Assembly (NCBI GenBank): GCA_963784835.1
Contig: CAWASM010000001.1
Location: 200,926 to 264,925, forward strand
Direction: 5' to 3'
DNA: 64,000 nt
Source: an uncultured Actinomycetes bacterium
Lineage (GTDB): Bacteria; Actinomycetota; Thermoleophilia; RBG-16-64-13
A program made the position numbers and the translations under genes. This document shows, one piece after another, positions 50,043 through 60,616 of the stretch. How positions within the stretch are numbered: position 1 is the stretch's first letter; each line of letters starts with the position of its first letter. The notes under the pieces are model-generated. The model saw only the letters and a program-made list of their open reading frames with translations, made no database searches and had not been told where the DNA came from.

Positions 50043-51003
50043 ATGAACGCAAGGACAGCCCGTCAATGGATGGTCACCCATGAGTGGATGATCAAGCCTA
50101 TGGCGCAGACCGAATGGATCGAGGGCAAGGGACTGCTTGTCTGGCTGGCGGAGGTCTTCTCTGCTCTCGGTACCGGTCTCTATCTCGTGTCGCTTTTCTT
50201 CAGCCAGTCGCATCCGCGCACCGCCTTCTGGGGAGCGCTCCTAGGATGGATCGGGATAGCGATCTTCAAGCTACCCCTGCACTTGGCCTACCTCGGCAAG
50301 CCTTGGCGCTTCTGGAGGAGTTTTCCACCGGTCAGCAACGCCTGGAAGACTTCCTGGTTCGCCCGCGGCATCGTGTTCACCATGATATTCCTAGGCTTCG
50401 GGGCCGTGCAGATACTGCTGCAGGGCCTCATCGGTTTCAACACGGTCACCGGCGGGGGCATCGACGCCGCCAACTGGGTCTTCATGATCCTGGCCGGCAT
50501 GTTCTGTGTGATGACCGCGGTCTACTGCGGATTCGCCATGAGCTTCTGTAAGAGCGTGCCCTTCTGGAACACGGGGCTTCTGCCTTTCGTGTTCTTGATC
50601 ATGGGCGTCGCGGACGGCCTGGCTCTCATCATGGGCGTCGGACTGGCCACAGGCGAAGACGTCGATACCCCCGGCCGAGTCGGTCACCCGCTGGCTGCTG
50701 ATCGTCAACGCCCTGCTCATCATCTTCTACCTGGTGAACGCCAACTACCATTCGACCACGGCCGAGTTGTCGGTGAAAGAGCTCGTGCGCGGCCACGTGG
50801 CCTGGGTTTTCTGGCTGGGCATAGTGCTCATGGGCATCGTGTTGCCGTTTGTGATCTCGATCATCGGTCTCTTCATCGCAGAGGCCACAGGGTTGCTGAT
50901 ATTCGCGATCGTCTGCCACACGATCGGGGCCTTCTCCCTGAAATACGGGGTGCTGAAGGTCGGCATCTACCGGCCGCTCCTTCCCAAAGCCCATGCTTAC
51001 TAA
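50043..51003 (+). CDS. NrfD/PsrC-like polytopic membrane (quinol-interacting) subunit (frame break near 50660)
   Basis: Hydrophobic ORF 50043..51023 is correct up to ...GLATGEDVD. It continues in ORF 50734..51003 (...VRGHVAWVFWLGIVLMGIVLPFVISIIGLF...). Placed between the FeS and Mo subunits. Confidence 0.75.
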
Positions 51004-51033
51004 CAGCACAGCTCGCGTGTTGAGGAGACACTG

Positions 51034-53295
51034 ATGGCAAATAGAGAAGTCGTTTATTCAACCTGCAAGAGCTGCCATGGTGGCTGCGGAGTCAAAGTCA
51101 CCAAGGAAGACGGGGTCATCGTCCATATAGAGGGCAACCCCGACTCGCTCACCGGGGGCACCATGTGCTCCAAGGGTCTCTCGAGCATCCAGCACATCGA
51201 CAACCCCTACCGCCTCAAGTACCCCATGAAGCAGGTGGGCAAGAAGGGCGACGGCAAGTGGGAGCGCATCTCCTGGGACGAAGCGCTCGATACCATCGCC
51301 GACAAGATGAAGGCAGCCATCGCCGAACCCGGGGCCGCAGAGCATCGCCATCTCCCAGGGCACCGGGCGCGGGTACAACCGCTACACCATGCGGCTGGCG
51401 CGCTCCCTCGGCACCGGCAACGCCATCACCCCGGGGTACGTCTGCCACAGCCCCCGCCTGGGCCTCTACGCCCTGGTGACCGGCTACGGGCGGCTCTATT
51501 GCGACTACCACGGCTGGGGCGGCGAGTTCCCCAAGACCCAGATCATGTGGGCCAAGCAGCTGGAGATATCGAGCGCCGACTCCGAGATGTGCTACTGGTT
51601 CATGCGCTCGCTCGACTACGTCAAGAACCTCATCGTCATCGACCCGCGAGCCAGCGCCTACGCGACGCGGGCCAGCCTCTGGATACAGCCCCGCCCGGGC
51701 ACCGACTGCGCCCTGGCCTTGGGCATGATGAACGTCATCATCGAAGAGGAGCTGTGGGACAAGGAGTTCGTCGACAACTGGACCTACGGCTTTGAAGAAC
51801 TGCGTGAGCGGGTCAAGGAATGGACGCCCGAGAAGGTGTCAAATATCTGCTGGATCCCCAAGGAACACGTCATCGAAGCGGCCCGCATGTTGGCCATCGA
51901 CACTCCCGGCTGCATCCAGGTGGGCAGCTCGCTCGAGCGGCAGGCCAACTGCGGCCACACTCTGCGGGCCATCACCTGCCTCATGGGTCTCGCCGGCAAC
52001 ATCGAGCGCCCGGGCAGCATGGTCAGCTGGGTACTCCCCGACACCGGCCTCATCGAGGACTTCAACCTGGAGTTGCCCATCACCGACGAGATGAAGAAGA
52101 ACATCATCGGCGGCGACAGGTTCAAGATGGGCGCCACCCGCACGTGCAACCCCGACACCATGGTCAAGGCCATCAACGCGGGCAAAGCCCCTGTCAAGGT
52201 GTGGTTCAGCGTCGGCGGGCAGCAGATCGTCCACATGGCCAACACCAAAGAGGTCGTCGAAGCTATCGAGAAGGTCGAGTTCATGGTCCATGCCGACCTC
52301 TTCATGGGCCCCATGGCCGAAGCGGCCGACATCGTGCTGCCGGCCGCCCACTGGCTGGAGTTGGACGACCTCTACGACATGCACCCGCGCTTCATGGTCG
52401 AAGCTCACAACAAGGTCGTCGAGCCGCCCGGCGAGGCCAAGTCCGATGCCTGGATCTTCAACGAGATCGGCAAGCGAGTGGTCCCCGACAAGTGGTGGCC
52501 CAACGTGGAGGAGATGCTCGACTACGAGATCAGGAGAGGTGAGAGCAAGGACGGCGGTCCGCTGAAGTGGAAAGAGTTCAGCGAGCGTCTGGTCAGCGGG
52601 TGCTGGGGCCCCGACCAGGTGTACTACAAGTACAAGACCGACTACTGGAGAAGAGGGCGGCGGGTTCCCCACTCCCTCGGGCAAGTTCGAGTTCTAGTCG
52701 CAGCACCTGGAATAGCTGGGATACGACGGCCTGCCGGTCTTCAGCGAGCCGGGCGAGAGCCCGTACTCCACGCCTGAGCTGTACAAGGAATACCCCATCG
52801 TCATGAGCAGCGGCTACCGCCAGCCCTTCTACTTCCTGGGGCAGTACCGCAACATCCCCTGGCTGCGCAGCTTCATGGAGTTCCCCACCTGCCAGCTCCA
52901 TCCCGAGACGGCCAAGCTCTACAGCGTCGAGGACGGCGACATAGATCTGGATCGAGTCGCCCCGCGGCAGGATCCGGCAGAAGCTGCGTACGTTCCCCGG
53001 TATCAAGAAGGGCGTGCTGATGGCCACCGCCAACTGCTTCTACCCGGAAGAGCCGGCGAAGGGCTACCACGGCGTGTTCATCTCCAACCCCAACGTGCTC
53101 ACCAGCAACGACCACCTCGATCCCATGTACGGCTCGCCCGACCTGACCTGCCTGCTGTGCAAGGTCTACAAGGCCAAGGACGAGGAACTCACCGAAGAGG
53201 TCTTCCGCAATGAGGAATACGGCTTCGTGCCGGAGAGCATAGGCGCGACCGAGCCCAAGGGCGCGAAGGTCGACCGCATCAAGATCAAGAGATAG
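51034..53295 (+). CDS. molybdopterin (bis-MGD) oxidoreductase catalytic subunit with an N-terminal 4Fe-4S motif and no Tat signal. Three +1 frame breaks and two in-frame TAG codons.
   Basis: GAGGAG SD then MANREVVYSTCKSCHGGCGVKV...MCSKG. Frames run 1->2 (GGGG run near 51345), 2->0 (near 52650) and 0->1 (near 52950). GYVCHSPR holds a candidate Cys Mo ligand. ...TPSGKFEF*SQHLE*LGYDGLP... Confidence 0.85.
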
Positions 53296-53334
53296 CAGGC
53301 GCCGCCACCGGGCGGCCGCGCACCAGAAGGTCAG

Positions 53335-53369
53335 AAACCCCGGGCCGGCGAAAGCCGGCCCGGGGTTTT
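53335..53369. terminator. bidirectional rho-independent terminator
   Basis: AAA-CCCCGGGCCGGC-GAAA-GCCGGCCCGGGG-TTTT: 12-bp perfect GC stem with a GAAA tetraloop, between convergent genes. Confidence 0.85.
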
Positions 53370-53384
53370 GTATTCGTGGTCTCC

Positions 53385-53831
53385 TCAGACGCCGGGGCGC
53401 TCCACGAACTCGACCAGATTCCCTGTGTTGTCGCGAACGAAGGCACAGCGATCGCCGTCGTGCACCATAATGTCCCAGACCACGTCCGCGCCCTTCGCCT
53501 TGAGCTCGGTCATGAGCGCTGTGATGTCGGGCACGGCGTAGGCGACGTGCTTCACGCCGAGAGTCTGGATGTCGGTCGCCGGATGACGGCGCTCGGCCGG
53601 CAAGGGAGCGGCTCCGTATACGCAGAACAGTTCAATGATGAAGTCGCCGTGGCGAATGAGCGCCACCCTGCCGGCCTTCTCTGCATCGGGGATGTCCACG
53701 ATGCGCACCAACTCGAACCCGAGCATGTCCCGGTACCAGGCGATCGACGCCTCCAGATCGGCCACGCTGATGCCCGCGTGGTCCGGTCTGAGCGCGTCGG
53801 TGGAGGCACTGGGCTGCGACGGCCGGCTCAC
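53385..53831 (-). CDS. VOC/glyoxalase-family protein
   Basis: 148-aa intact ORF ...HAGISVADLEASIAWYRDMLGFELV...HVAYAVPDI... Confidence 0.75.
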   Translation of the reverse strand: MSRPSQPSASTDALRPDHAGISVADLEASIAWYRDMLGFELVRIVDIPDAEKAGRVALIRHGDFIIELFCVYGAAPLPAERRHPATDIQTLGVKHVAYAVPDITALMTELKAKGADVVWDIMVHDGDRCAFVRDNTGNLVEFVERPGV

Positions 53832-54402
53832 GGCACGTACCCCCGCAAATCTCGAAGGAACTCATCGGTGGGCCGCTCCAGGACGAACGAGCTGACGAAG
53901 TCCTCGAACGGCTTCACGAAGGGATAGGCGTCTTGGGTCGCCCAAGCGGGCTTGGTGTAGGCTGGGGGCTGTTCGATCACCGCGCGTCGCCAGTCGCTGA
54001 AGTCCTCAGACCACAACTCGCTAACCCGGTCCCAGCGACCTTCGGTGATATCCATCGGCGGGCTGTCACCGGGGCGCCAGACCCCTGGCAGCGGCGGCCC
54101 ATCTTGGATGACCTGGTAGCTGAAGAAGCGATAGAGACCGGGCTGCTTCATCACTTCGGGCGCGTGCACTTGGAGGAACCACTTCTCGCCCTCTTCGCGC
54201 GAAACCCCTCCGTGAGCCGCCAGTTGTAGACGCCGTAGGCCTGCGCGTCGGCCGGAGCCGGCACGGGCAGGTAGCTCTCGTGCCGCTGCAGCCACGGGCC
54301 GTAGCGCCGGGAGATCTCCGCCGAGTGCTCGCGGTGATACCAGCGCTCCATCGCGGGAAGCGCATCAAGGGGTATGTCGTGCAGAACGACGCTCTTGATC
54401 AT
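53828..54402 (-). CDS. hypothetical protein (one frame break near 54200-54290)
   Basis: N-terminus in ORF 54151..54402 (MIKSVVLHDIPLDALPAMERWYHREHSAEISRRYGPW...), C-terminus in ORF 53828..54295. Overlaps both neighbours by 4 nt, so it is operonic. I recognise no family. Confidence 0.5.
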
Positions 54403-55772
54403 CCCGTTCCCTCCCCTTGCGGTAAGGACATGGTGCTGGTCCGACTGCGGCGCTCCGCCAGCCAGCCGGTCTCACGCAGGAAGCCCGCGGCTATCGCTCC
54501 GGCCAGGAACACTCCGGCCGCAAGAACGTAGGCGTATTTGAGAGAGCCAAAGGCGTCGGCCATGCGCCCGGCCAGGTAGGGACCCACCACCTGCCCTATC
54601 CCCAGGAAGACCGTCACAAAACCCAAGGAGACCGAAGCGAGCCTGGGACCATATTGATCGCCGCATCCGGCCCCCACGATGCCGGGGAAGGCAATAGCTG
54701 TAAGCCCAAAAGCCAGGGCCGAGATGAGGAGGCCTGGGGTGGTCGGCCACCAAGCGAAGAGCGCAGCCGCAACGGCTTGGACAACGCACATGACCGCGAG
54801 CGCCCTGCCCCGGCCGATGCGGTCGGAGATGGCGCCCCAGAGGACGCCGCAGACCAGACTGGCTATTCCGACGACCATGAAGAAGGCCCCCGCCCGGCCG
54901 GCGGAGTGGTGCAGATCGGCGGTCAGCCTCTTCTGAAAGAAGGTGAAGTAGACGATGTAAGCGAAGCCGAAGGCCATGTATACGAAGCCCAGATGCCAGG
55001 CATACCGCGAACGGATGACACTCCCCAGACTGTAGGATGCGCGAGCGGGCTGCGGCCCCATGCCCCTCCAAGCGGCCAGGGTCTGCGCCGTCCTCGATTC
55101 GGTGCCCGTCCCGGCGAAGATCGAGTCCGAAGCCTCGACCGAACGCCAGGCGGCATGCGTCGCTGCTTCGCTGAGGTCCTCCCTGAAGGGTCGGTCCCGT
55201 TGGACGATGAAGACCAGGATGCCCACCACAGCCGTCAGGCCTGCGAAGAAGAACCAGGCGTATCTCCAGCCTCCGGCCCCGCCGAAGGCCATGATAGCCG
55301 GCACCACCGGTCCGGTGATCACGAGGGCGAGCGACGCGCCTGAGCTGACGACCCCCGAGGCCATGCCCCGATGGCGCACATCGAACCAGGCCGACATGAG
55401 CGCCACGGAAGGCACCAAGACCATCCCCCCACCGACGCCGGTCAGCAGGCGAGCGGCGGCAGCGGCGGCCAGGCTGTGCGAGATCCCTGTGAGGAACATG
55501 CCGAGGGCCGCTACGATCGAGCCGATGCCCACCACCTTGCGGGGTCCAAACCAGGAGGCCAGCGCCCCCCCGATGACCGCCATGGCGACGTATCCACCCA
55601 GGTTCCACGACGCCAGCGAACCCGCGGCGGCGCTGCTGAGACCGAGGTCTTTCTGCATGACCGGCAGGATGGCGCTGTAGCCGAAGCGCCCGAAACCCAG
55701 GGCTCCAAACACGGCGAGAAAGCCCATGGACAAGACGGCCCAGCGGTATGACGGTCTACTCGAACGCTTCAC
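54399..55772 (-). CDS. MFS transporter
   Basis: 457-aa intact ORF, about 12 hydrophobic segments. Confidence 0.85.
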   Translation of the reverse strand: MKRSSRPSYRWAVLSMGFLAVFGALGFGRFGYSAILPVMQKDLGLSSAAAGSLASWNLGGYVAMAVIGGALASWFGPRKVVGIGSIVAALGMFLTGISHSLAAAAAARLLTGVGGGMVLVPSVALMSAWFDVRHRGMASGVVSSGASLALVITGPVVPAIMAFGGAGGWRYAWFFFAGLTAVVGILVFIVQRDRPFREDLSEAATHAAWRSVEASDSIFAGTGTESRTAQTLAAWRGMGPQPARASYSLGSVIRSRYAWHLGFVYMAFGFAYIVYFTFFQKRLTADLHHSAGRAGAFFMVVGIASLVCGVLWGAISDRIGRGRALAVMCVVQAVAAALFAWWPTTPGLLISALAFGLTAIAFPGIVGAGCGDQYGPRLASVSLGFVTVFLGIGQVVGPYLAGRMADAFGSLKYAYVLAAGVFLAGAIAAGFLRETGWLAERRSRTSTMSLPQGEGTG

Positions 55773-55838
55773 GGGGCCTCACTCTTGGGAGCGCCCGCGA
55801 CGCGGGCGCTCCCGTCATCATCAAGTCGTGAAAGTCAC

Positions 55839-56459
55839 TCACGCGCCGCCGGTCTTGCACTCGGTGGCGGGCGCCTTCGCGCTCTCCGCCCCCAGGCGGA
55901 AGGCCTGCAGGTTGACGTCCACTGTCTTGGGGGGAACCGCTTTGCGGATGACCTCTTCCCAAGTGTCGACGGCAAAAGGAAGCGCAGGAGAGATGGCGCC
56001 CAGCATGGCCACGTTTGCCGCCTTGACTGTGCCGGCCTTGGCGGCCAGTTCATTGGCGTTGACACACTTTGTGTTGGACCAAGCGGCCTGGATGAGGCCG
56101 TCGATGTCCTTGGGGTAGGTGGCCAACCCAGCGGAGACCGGGCTGGGATTGATGCGCAGGGCGTTGTACACCAGCACACCGCCCGGCTTCAGCCAGTCAA
56201 GGTAGCGTAGACCCTCCAGGGCCTCGAACGCCATGAGAAGATCGGCTGTGCCCTGCACCACCAGCGGCGACCAGACTTTGTCGCCGAAGCGGAAATGGCT
56301 GACCACGCTGCCGCCGCGCTGGGCCATGCCGTGGACTTCGCTCTGCTTGACGTCGTAGCCCTCGCTCATGGCAACGTGGCTGAGCACGTAGCTGGCCAGG
56401 ACCACGCCCTGGCCGCCGACTCCGGCCAGGAGGACGTTCATGGTAGGACGGGCAGTCAT
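55839..56459 (-). CDS. iorB: indolepyruvate:ferredoxin oxidoreductase beta subunit
   Basis: ATG at 56459 shares its A with the ior[31 protein letters not shown]...GMAQRGGSVVSHFRFG... Confidence 0.85.
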   Translation of the reverse strand: MTARPTMNVLLAGVGGQGVVLASYVLSHVAMSEGYDVKQSEVHGMAQRGGSVVSHFRFGDKVWSPLVVQGTADLLMAFEALEGLRYLDWLKPGGVLVYNALRINPSPVSAGLATYPKDIDGLIQAAWSNTKCVNANELAAKAGTVKAANVAMLGAISPALPFAVDTWEEVIRKAVPPKTVDVNLQAFRLGAESAKAPATECKTGGA

Positions 56460-58304
56460 CAGGACCCCTTCCCTTCGGCCGCCTCGGGCCGGGCGATGGC
56501 ATCTTCCTTGCACATCTGCGAGCAGACGCCGCAGCCCGCGCAGTCGGCGGCGCTGATCTCCACCTTGGGGTCGCCGTTGGCATCTGTGTAGAGGTTGAGA
56601 GCCCCACAACCCACCTTGAGACAGCTCTTGCACCCGATGCACGCCTCGGCGTCCACCTGATAGACCGGTTTGCGCACCTTGAACTGAAGGACGCACGGAG
56701 CCTTGGCGATCACCACCGAGACCTCGTCCGCCTCCAACTCCTCCCGCAGGACACGCACCATTTCATCGATGTCGTACGGATCGATGGTGACCACGCGCTT
56801 GATGCCGAGGGCCCGGCACAAGTCGGGGATGTCCACGGTGGCCGAAGGTTCGCCCAGCAGGGTCTTGCCCGTGCCGGGATTCTCCTGACCGCCGGTCATG
56901 GCCGTGGTGGCGTTGTCGACGATGATGGTGAGGGTCTTGCCCCTGTTGTAGACCACGTCCATGAGGGAAGTGATGCCGGAGTGGAAGAAGGTGCTGTCGC
57001 CGATGATGCTGACGGGCTTGTTGCGCATGTCCATCTTGGCGCCCTCAGCGGGCGGGTCCATGACCTTGGCCATCCCGTGAGCCATGCTGACACTCGCTCC
57101 CATGCAGGTGCTGCATTGCACCACGCTGTAGGGAGGCAGCGCCCCCATGGTGTAGCAGCCGATGTCGCCGCTGACGAACACCCGTAGCTTCTTGAGCGCC
57201 ATGACGACGCCCCGGTGCGAGCAGCCCGGGCAGAACGTGGGCGGCCGGCTGGGTAGGTCGGCGGCTGCCGGGATCAGCTCGCCCAGCAAGGTCTTCTCCA
57301 CGCCTGGGACTGCGGCCTTCGCGAACGACTGGGCGAGCAGGCGGGCATTGAGCTCGCCCAGCAGCGAGTTCATCTCCTTGCCGCCATCGACCTTGATGCC
57401 CATGAGACGGATGGCTTCCTCGAGGAAGGGGTCGAGTTCTTCGACCACATAGAGCTTGTCCACTTTGGAGCGGAAGTCGGCGATGAGCTTCTTCGGCAGC
57501 GGGAAGATGAGGCCCAGTTTGAGGAAGCTGGCTTCAGGCAGGGCCCCGCGGGCGTACCCATAGATGGCGCCCGAGGTGATGATTCCCACGCGGGTATCGC
57601 CCATCTCTACCCGGTTGAACGGACAATCCTCGGCGTATTCGGTGAGATCCAGCAGGCGTTGCTCGACGACGCAGTGCCTGACTGTGGCGTTGACCGGCAT
57701 CATGAGGTATTTGGTCCAGTGCCGTTTCAGCTCGGTGACCGGCCTGGGCGCCATCCGCTCCCCCATCTTGACCAGGCTCTTGGAGTGAGAGGTGCGGGTG
57801 GTGGTGCGGAAGAGCACCGGGGTGTCGAAGCGCTCCGATAGTTCGTAGGCGGCGATCATGAAGTCCTTGGCTTCGCCGCTGTCGGCAGGCTCGAGAAGCG
57901 GCACCCGCGCGAACTTGGCGTAGTTGCGGTTGTCCTGCTCGTCTTGGGAGCTGTGCATGCCCGGGATCGTCCGCCGAGACTATCACCATGCCCGCTTCAA
58001 GCCCCACATAGGAGGAGGAGAAGAACGGGTCGGCAGCGACGTTCAGGCCCACATGCTTCATGGCCACCAGGGCGCGCCCGCCGGCCATGGACGCGCCGAT
58101 GCCCACTTCCATGGCCACCTTCTCGTTGGGCGACCATTCGCAGTAGACGTCCTCGTATTTTGCAAGAGACTCGAGGATCTCGGTGCTGGGCGTGCCTGGG
58201 TACGCGGCGGCCAGCTTGACGCCGGCCTCCCAGGCGCCGCGAGCGATCGCCTCGTTACCGGAGAGGATCTCCACTGCTTCGGGGGTTTCTACCTTGCTTG
58301 ACAT
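56459..58304 (-). CDS. iorA: indolepyruvate:ferredoxin oxidoreductase alpha subunit (one frame break near 57960)
   Basis: N-terminus in ORF 57534..58304 up to ...VSADDPG. It continues as [13 protein letters not shown]... in ORF 56459..57958, with the TPP region GDIGCYT and a C-terminal 2x[4Fe-4S] region (CIGCKSC...[11 protein letters not shown]). Confidence 0.85.
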
Positions 58305-58315
58305 ACTTCCTCCGC

Positions 58316-60493
58316 CTAGGACAGGGGGTTACGGTCGCGCCGGTGAGCGGCATACCATTCCATTCTATCGAGAGCCCGAGCCGCCGACAGAGGCGACGAT
58401 AGCACTATAGGGCTGTAGCGTTTGCCGTAGTCGAACACCGAGCCGCGGATGGGCGAGTCGGGGATGTGGATAATGGGCTTGCCCGTAGACTCCATGAGTT
58501 CCGCCGTTAGGACAAGGAGCGACTCCTCCCAGGCGCTTAGGGATAGAAGCTCCCCATCGGCACCGACCGGTCGCTCGCTGGTGCCGCTGGTGGGAACGCC
58601 AAGTATCGAGAGCGCTATCACGGCGTCCACAGCCTCGCATTCCACCACGGCCTTGAGCACCTGCGCGGCCACGTCGCCGCCGGCAGAGGCCACGAGGTCC
58701 AGCGGGTTCTGCTTGCTCCAAAACGGCGGGAGCATCTCATCAAGGCTTGCGTAGAGCTCCGGCGGCAGTTCGGCCAGGGTGAGGCCGTTGCGGGCCACCT
58801 CGTCCGCTGCCATCACGCCGGCCCCTCCGCCTTGAGTGACCACGGCGATGCGTCTTCCCCTGGGCAAAGGCATATAGGCCAGGCAAGTGCCAAGATCGAC
58901 CACGTCCTGGAGCGTCGTGCAGGAAACCACTCCCGCCTGCCGGGCCGCCGCTTCCCACACGGCGGCAGAGCCCGCCATCGCGCCGGTATGAGAGGCCGCC
59001 GCCTTGCTGCCGTACTCGGTGAGCCCAGTGCGTAGCACCACCACAGGTTTGACAGCGGTGGTTCGGCGGGCGACGTCGACGAACTGCCGTCCGTCGTCGA
59101 TGCCTTCGATGTACATCATCACGCAGGTGGTGTTGGGATCGTCGCGCAGATAGTCGAGGATCTCCACCGCGCCTATCTGAGCCTCGTTGCCCACGCTGGC
59201 GAACTTGTCGATGCCGATGCCGCGGCGCTGGCAGGCAAGGGTGGTCATGACCCCCATGTTGCCCGACTGCGAAACGAAGCTGAGCTTGCCCTTGGGGGGA
59301 TGGAGCTCTACGAAGCCGACGGCGTGCAGGCTCACCTCATTGGAGACCATGCCCATGCAGTTGGGCCCCATGAGGGTCACCCCGCCTTCGCTCGCGATGC
59401 GGGCGATGTCGCGCTGGGCCCCTACGCCGGATTCTCCGGTCTCGGCGAAGCCGGCGGCTATGGCGATGGCGGCCCGGATGCCCTTGCGGCCACACTCTTC
59501 CAACATGGGGGCCACTTGGTGGCCGCCCACGGCCAGCAGCGCCAGGTCGGGGGCCTCGGGGAGGTCGGCTATGCTCGGATAGGACTGAAGCCCGAAGAAC
59601 TCGCCGCCCTTGGGATTCACCGGATAGATAGCGCCGGCATAGCCACCGTCGATGATGCTCTTGAGAGCCGACCCGCCCCACTTGCCGATGTCGCCCGACG
59701 CGCCCACCACCGCGATAGAGTGAGGGGCCAGCAGCGCTTTCAGGTTCGGCACGAACGAGCTCCGTTCCAGCGGCTTCGCAGGCTCGACCGAGAGGATGAT
59801 GAGCGCGTCGGCAGCCACCGGTCGGTCGCCCTGCACCAGCACGGGGTTCACGTCGATCTCGACTATCTGGGGATTGTCCAGCGCCATCTGCCCGATGGCC
59901 TGGATCACCATAGCAAGAGCGGCCTTGTCCACAGGAGGATAGCCACGGAAAGAGCCCAGCAGCTTCCTAGCCCTGATCAAGCGGGGCAACTCAGCCGCGT
60001 CCCGATCGTCCACTGGGGCAAGGGCCAGAACTACGTCGCTCAAGGCCTCGGTCAATACGCCCCCCAGTCCAAAAGCCACCACGGGTCCGAACAGCGGGTC
60101 GCGCTTCATACCCACCATGAGTTCCCGGTTGCCCGCGATCATCTGCTCGACAAGTACGGCCTCGAGCGTGCCCCCCGCCCGCTGCTGAAGCAGGCGGTAG
60201 GTCTCGGCCACGGCTTCGGGCCCCTCCACTCCCAGCACCACGAGCCCGGCTTCGGTCTTGTGGTGGATCTCGGCGCCGATGCCCTTCATCACCACCCTGC
60301 CGTCGATCCGCGCCGCCGCGGCGAGGGCTTCTTCCTCCGTCTTGGCGAGGGCGCCTGAGGGCACGGGGATGCCGTACGCAGCGAACAGGGCTTTCGCCTG
60401 CCACTCGTCCAGAGCCGAGGCGCCGGAGGCCAAGGCGGAACTGATCAGCTCGGCGGCGACTGTCGCCGCTGTGGCCCCGGATCTATTGCTCAC
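58316..60493 (-). CDS. ADP-forming (NDP-forming) acyl-CoA synthetase, fused ATP-grasp + CoA-binding/ligase domains
   Basis: 725-aa intact ORF. N-terminal ATP-grasp part ([16 protein letters not shown]...), then CoA-binding ([18 protein letters not shown]...) and succinyl-CoA-ligase-like parts. Confidence 0.8.
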   Translation of the reverse strand: MSNRSGATAATVAAELISSALASGASALDEWQAKALFAAYGIPVPSGALAKTEEEALAAAARIDGRVVMKGIGAEIHHKTEAGLVVLGVEGPEAVAETYRLLQQRAGGTLEAVLVEQMIAGNRELMVGMKRDPLFGPVVAFGLGGVLTEALSDVVLALAPVDDRDAAELPRLIRARKLLGSFRGYPPVDKAALAMVIQAIGQMALDNPQIVEIDVNPVLVQGDRPVAADALIILSVEPAKPLERSSFVPNLKALLAPHSIAVVGASGDIGKWGGSALKSIIDGGYAGAIYPVNPKGGEFFGLQSYPSIADLPEAPDLALLAVGGHQVAPMLEECGRKGIRAAIAIAAGFAETGESGVGAQRDIARIASEGGVTLMGPNCMGMVSNEVSLHAVGFVELHPPKGKLSFVSQSGNMGVMTTLACQRRGIGIDKFASVGNEAQIGAVEILDYLRDDPNTTCVMMYIEGIDDGRQFVDVARRTTAVKPVVVLRTGLTEYGSKAAASHTGAMAGSAAVWEAAARQAGVVSCTTLQDVVDLGTCLAYMPLPRGRRIAVVTQGGGAGVMAADEVARNGLTLAELPPELYASLDEMLPPFWSKQNPLDLVASAGGDVAAQVLKAVVECEAVDAVIALSILGVPTSGTSERPVGADGELLSLSAWEESLLVLTAELMESTGKPIIHIPDSPIRGSVFDYGKRYSPIVLSSPLSAARALDRMEWYAAHRRDRNPLS

Positions 60494-60616
60494 GACGCAC
60501 TCCGATCCTCAACATGTATGCGGTCTATATGGTAGCTGTTTAGACCTTTATAGTCAACAACAGGCCTGCCCGGCGGGCCCCTCCGCGCTCAGCCGAGCAT
60601 CAAACCGCGAAAGCCG

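Noticed and set aside
48962-50044. 360-aa minus-strand ORF
   Set aside because: Antisense to the intact 4Fe-4S subunit gene and its promoter region. No motifs and no plausible RBS.
51034-51500. Selenocysteine (in-frame TGA) in the formate-dehydrogenase-like ligand motif of the third Mo enzyme
   Set aside because: The motif reads GYVCHSPR with a normal Cys codon. No in-frame TGA or SECIS-like hairpin is needed to read the gene.
52695-52715. Pyrrolysine or general TAG reassignment as the explanation for the two in-frame TAGs
   Set aside because: TAG clearly terminates several conserved genes in this window at the expected positions (rplF, rpsZ, rplX, tuf, rplA, rplV). No pyl genes are present, and Mo enzymes are not known Pyl proteins. 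It is kept only as a low-probability alternative.
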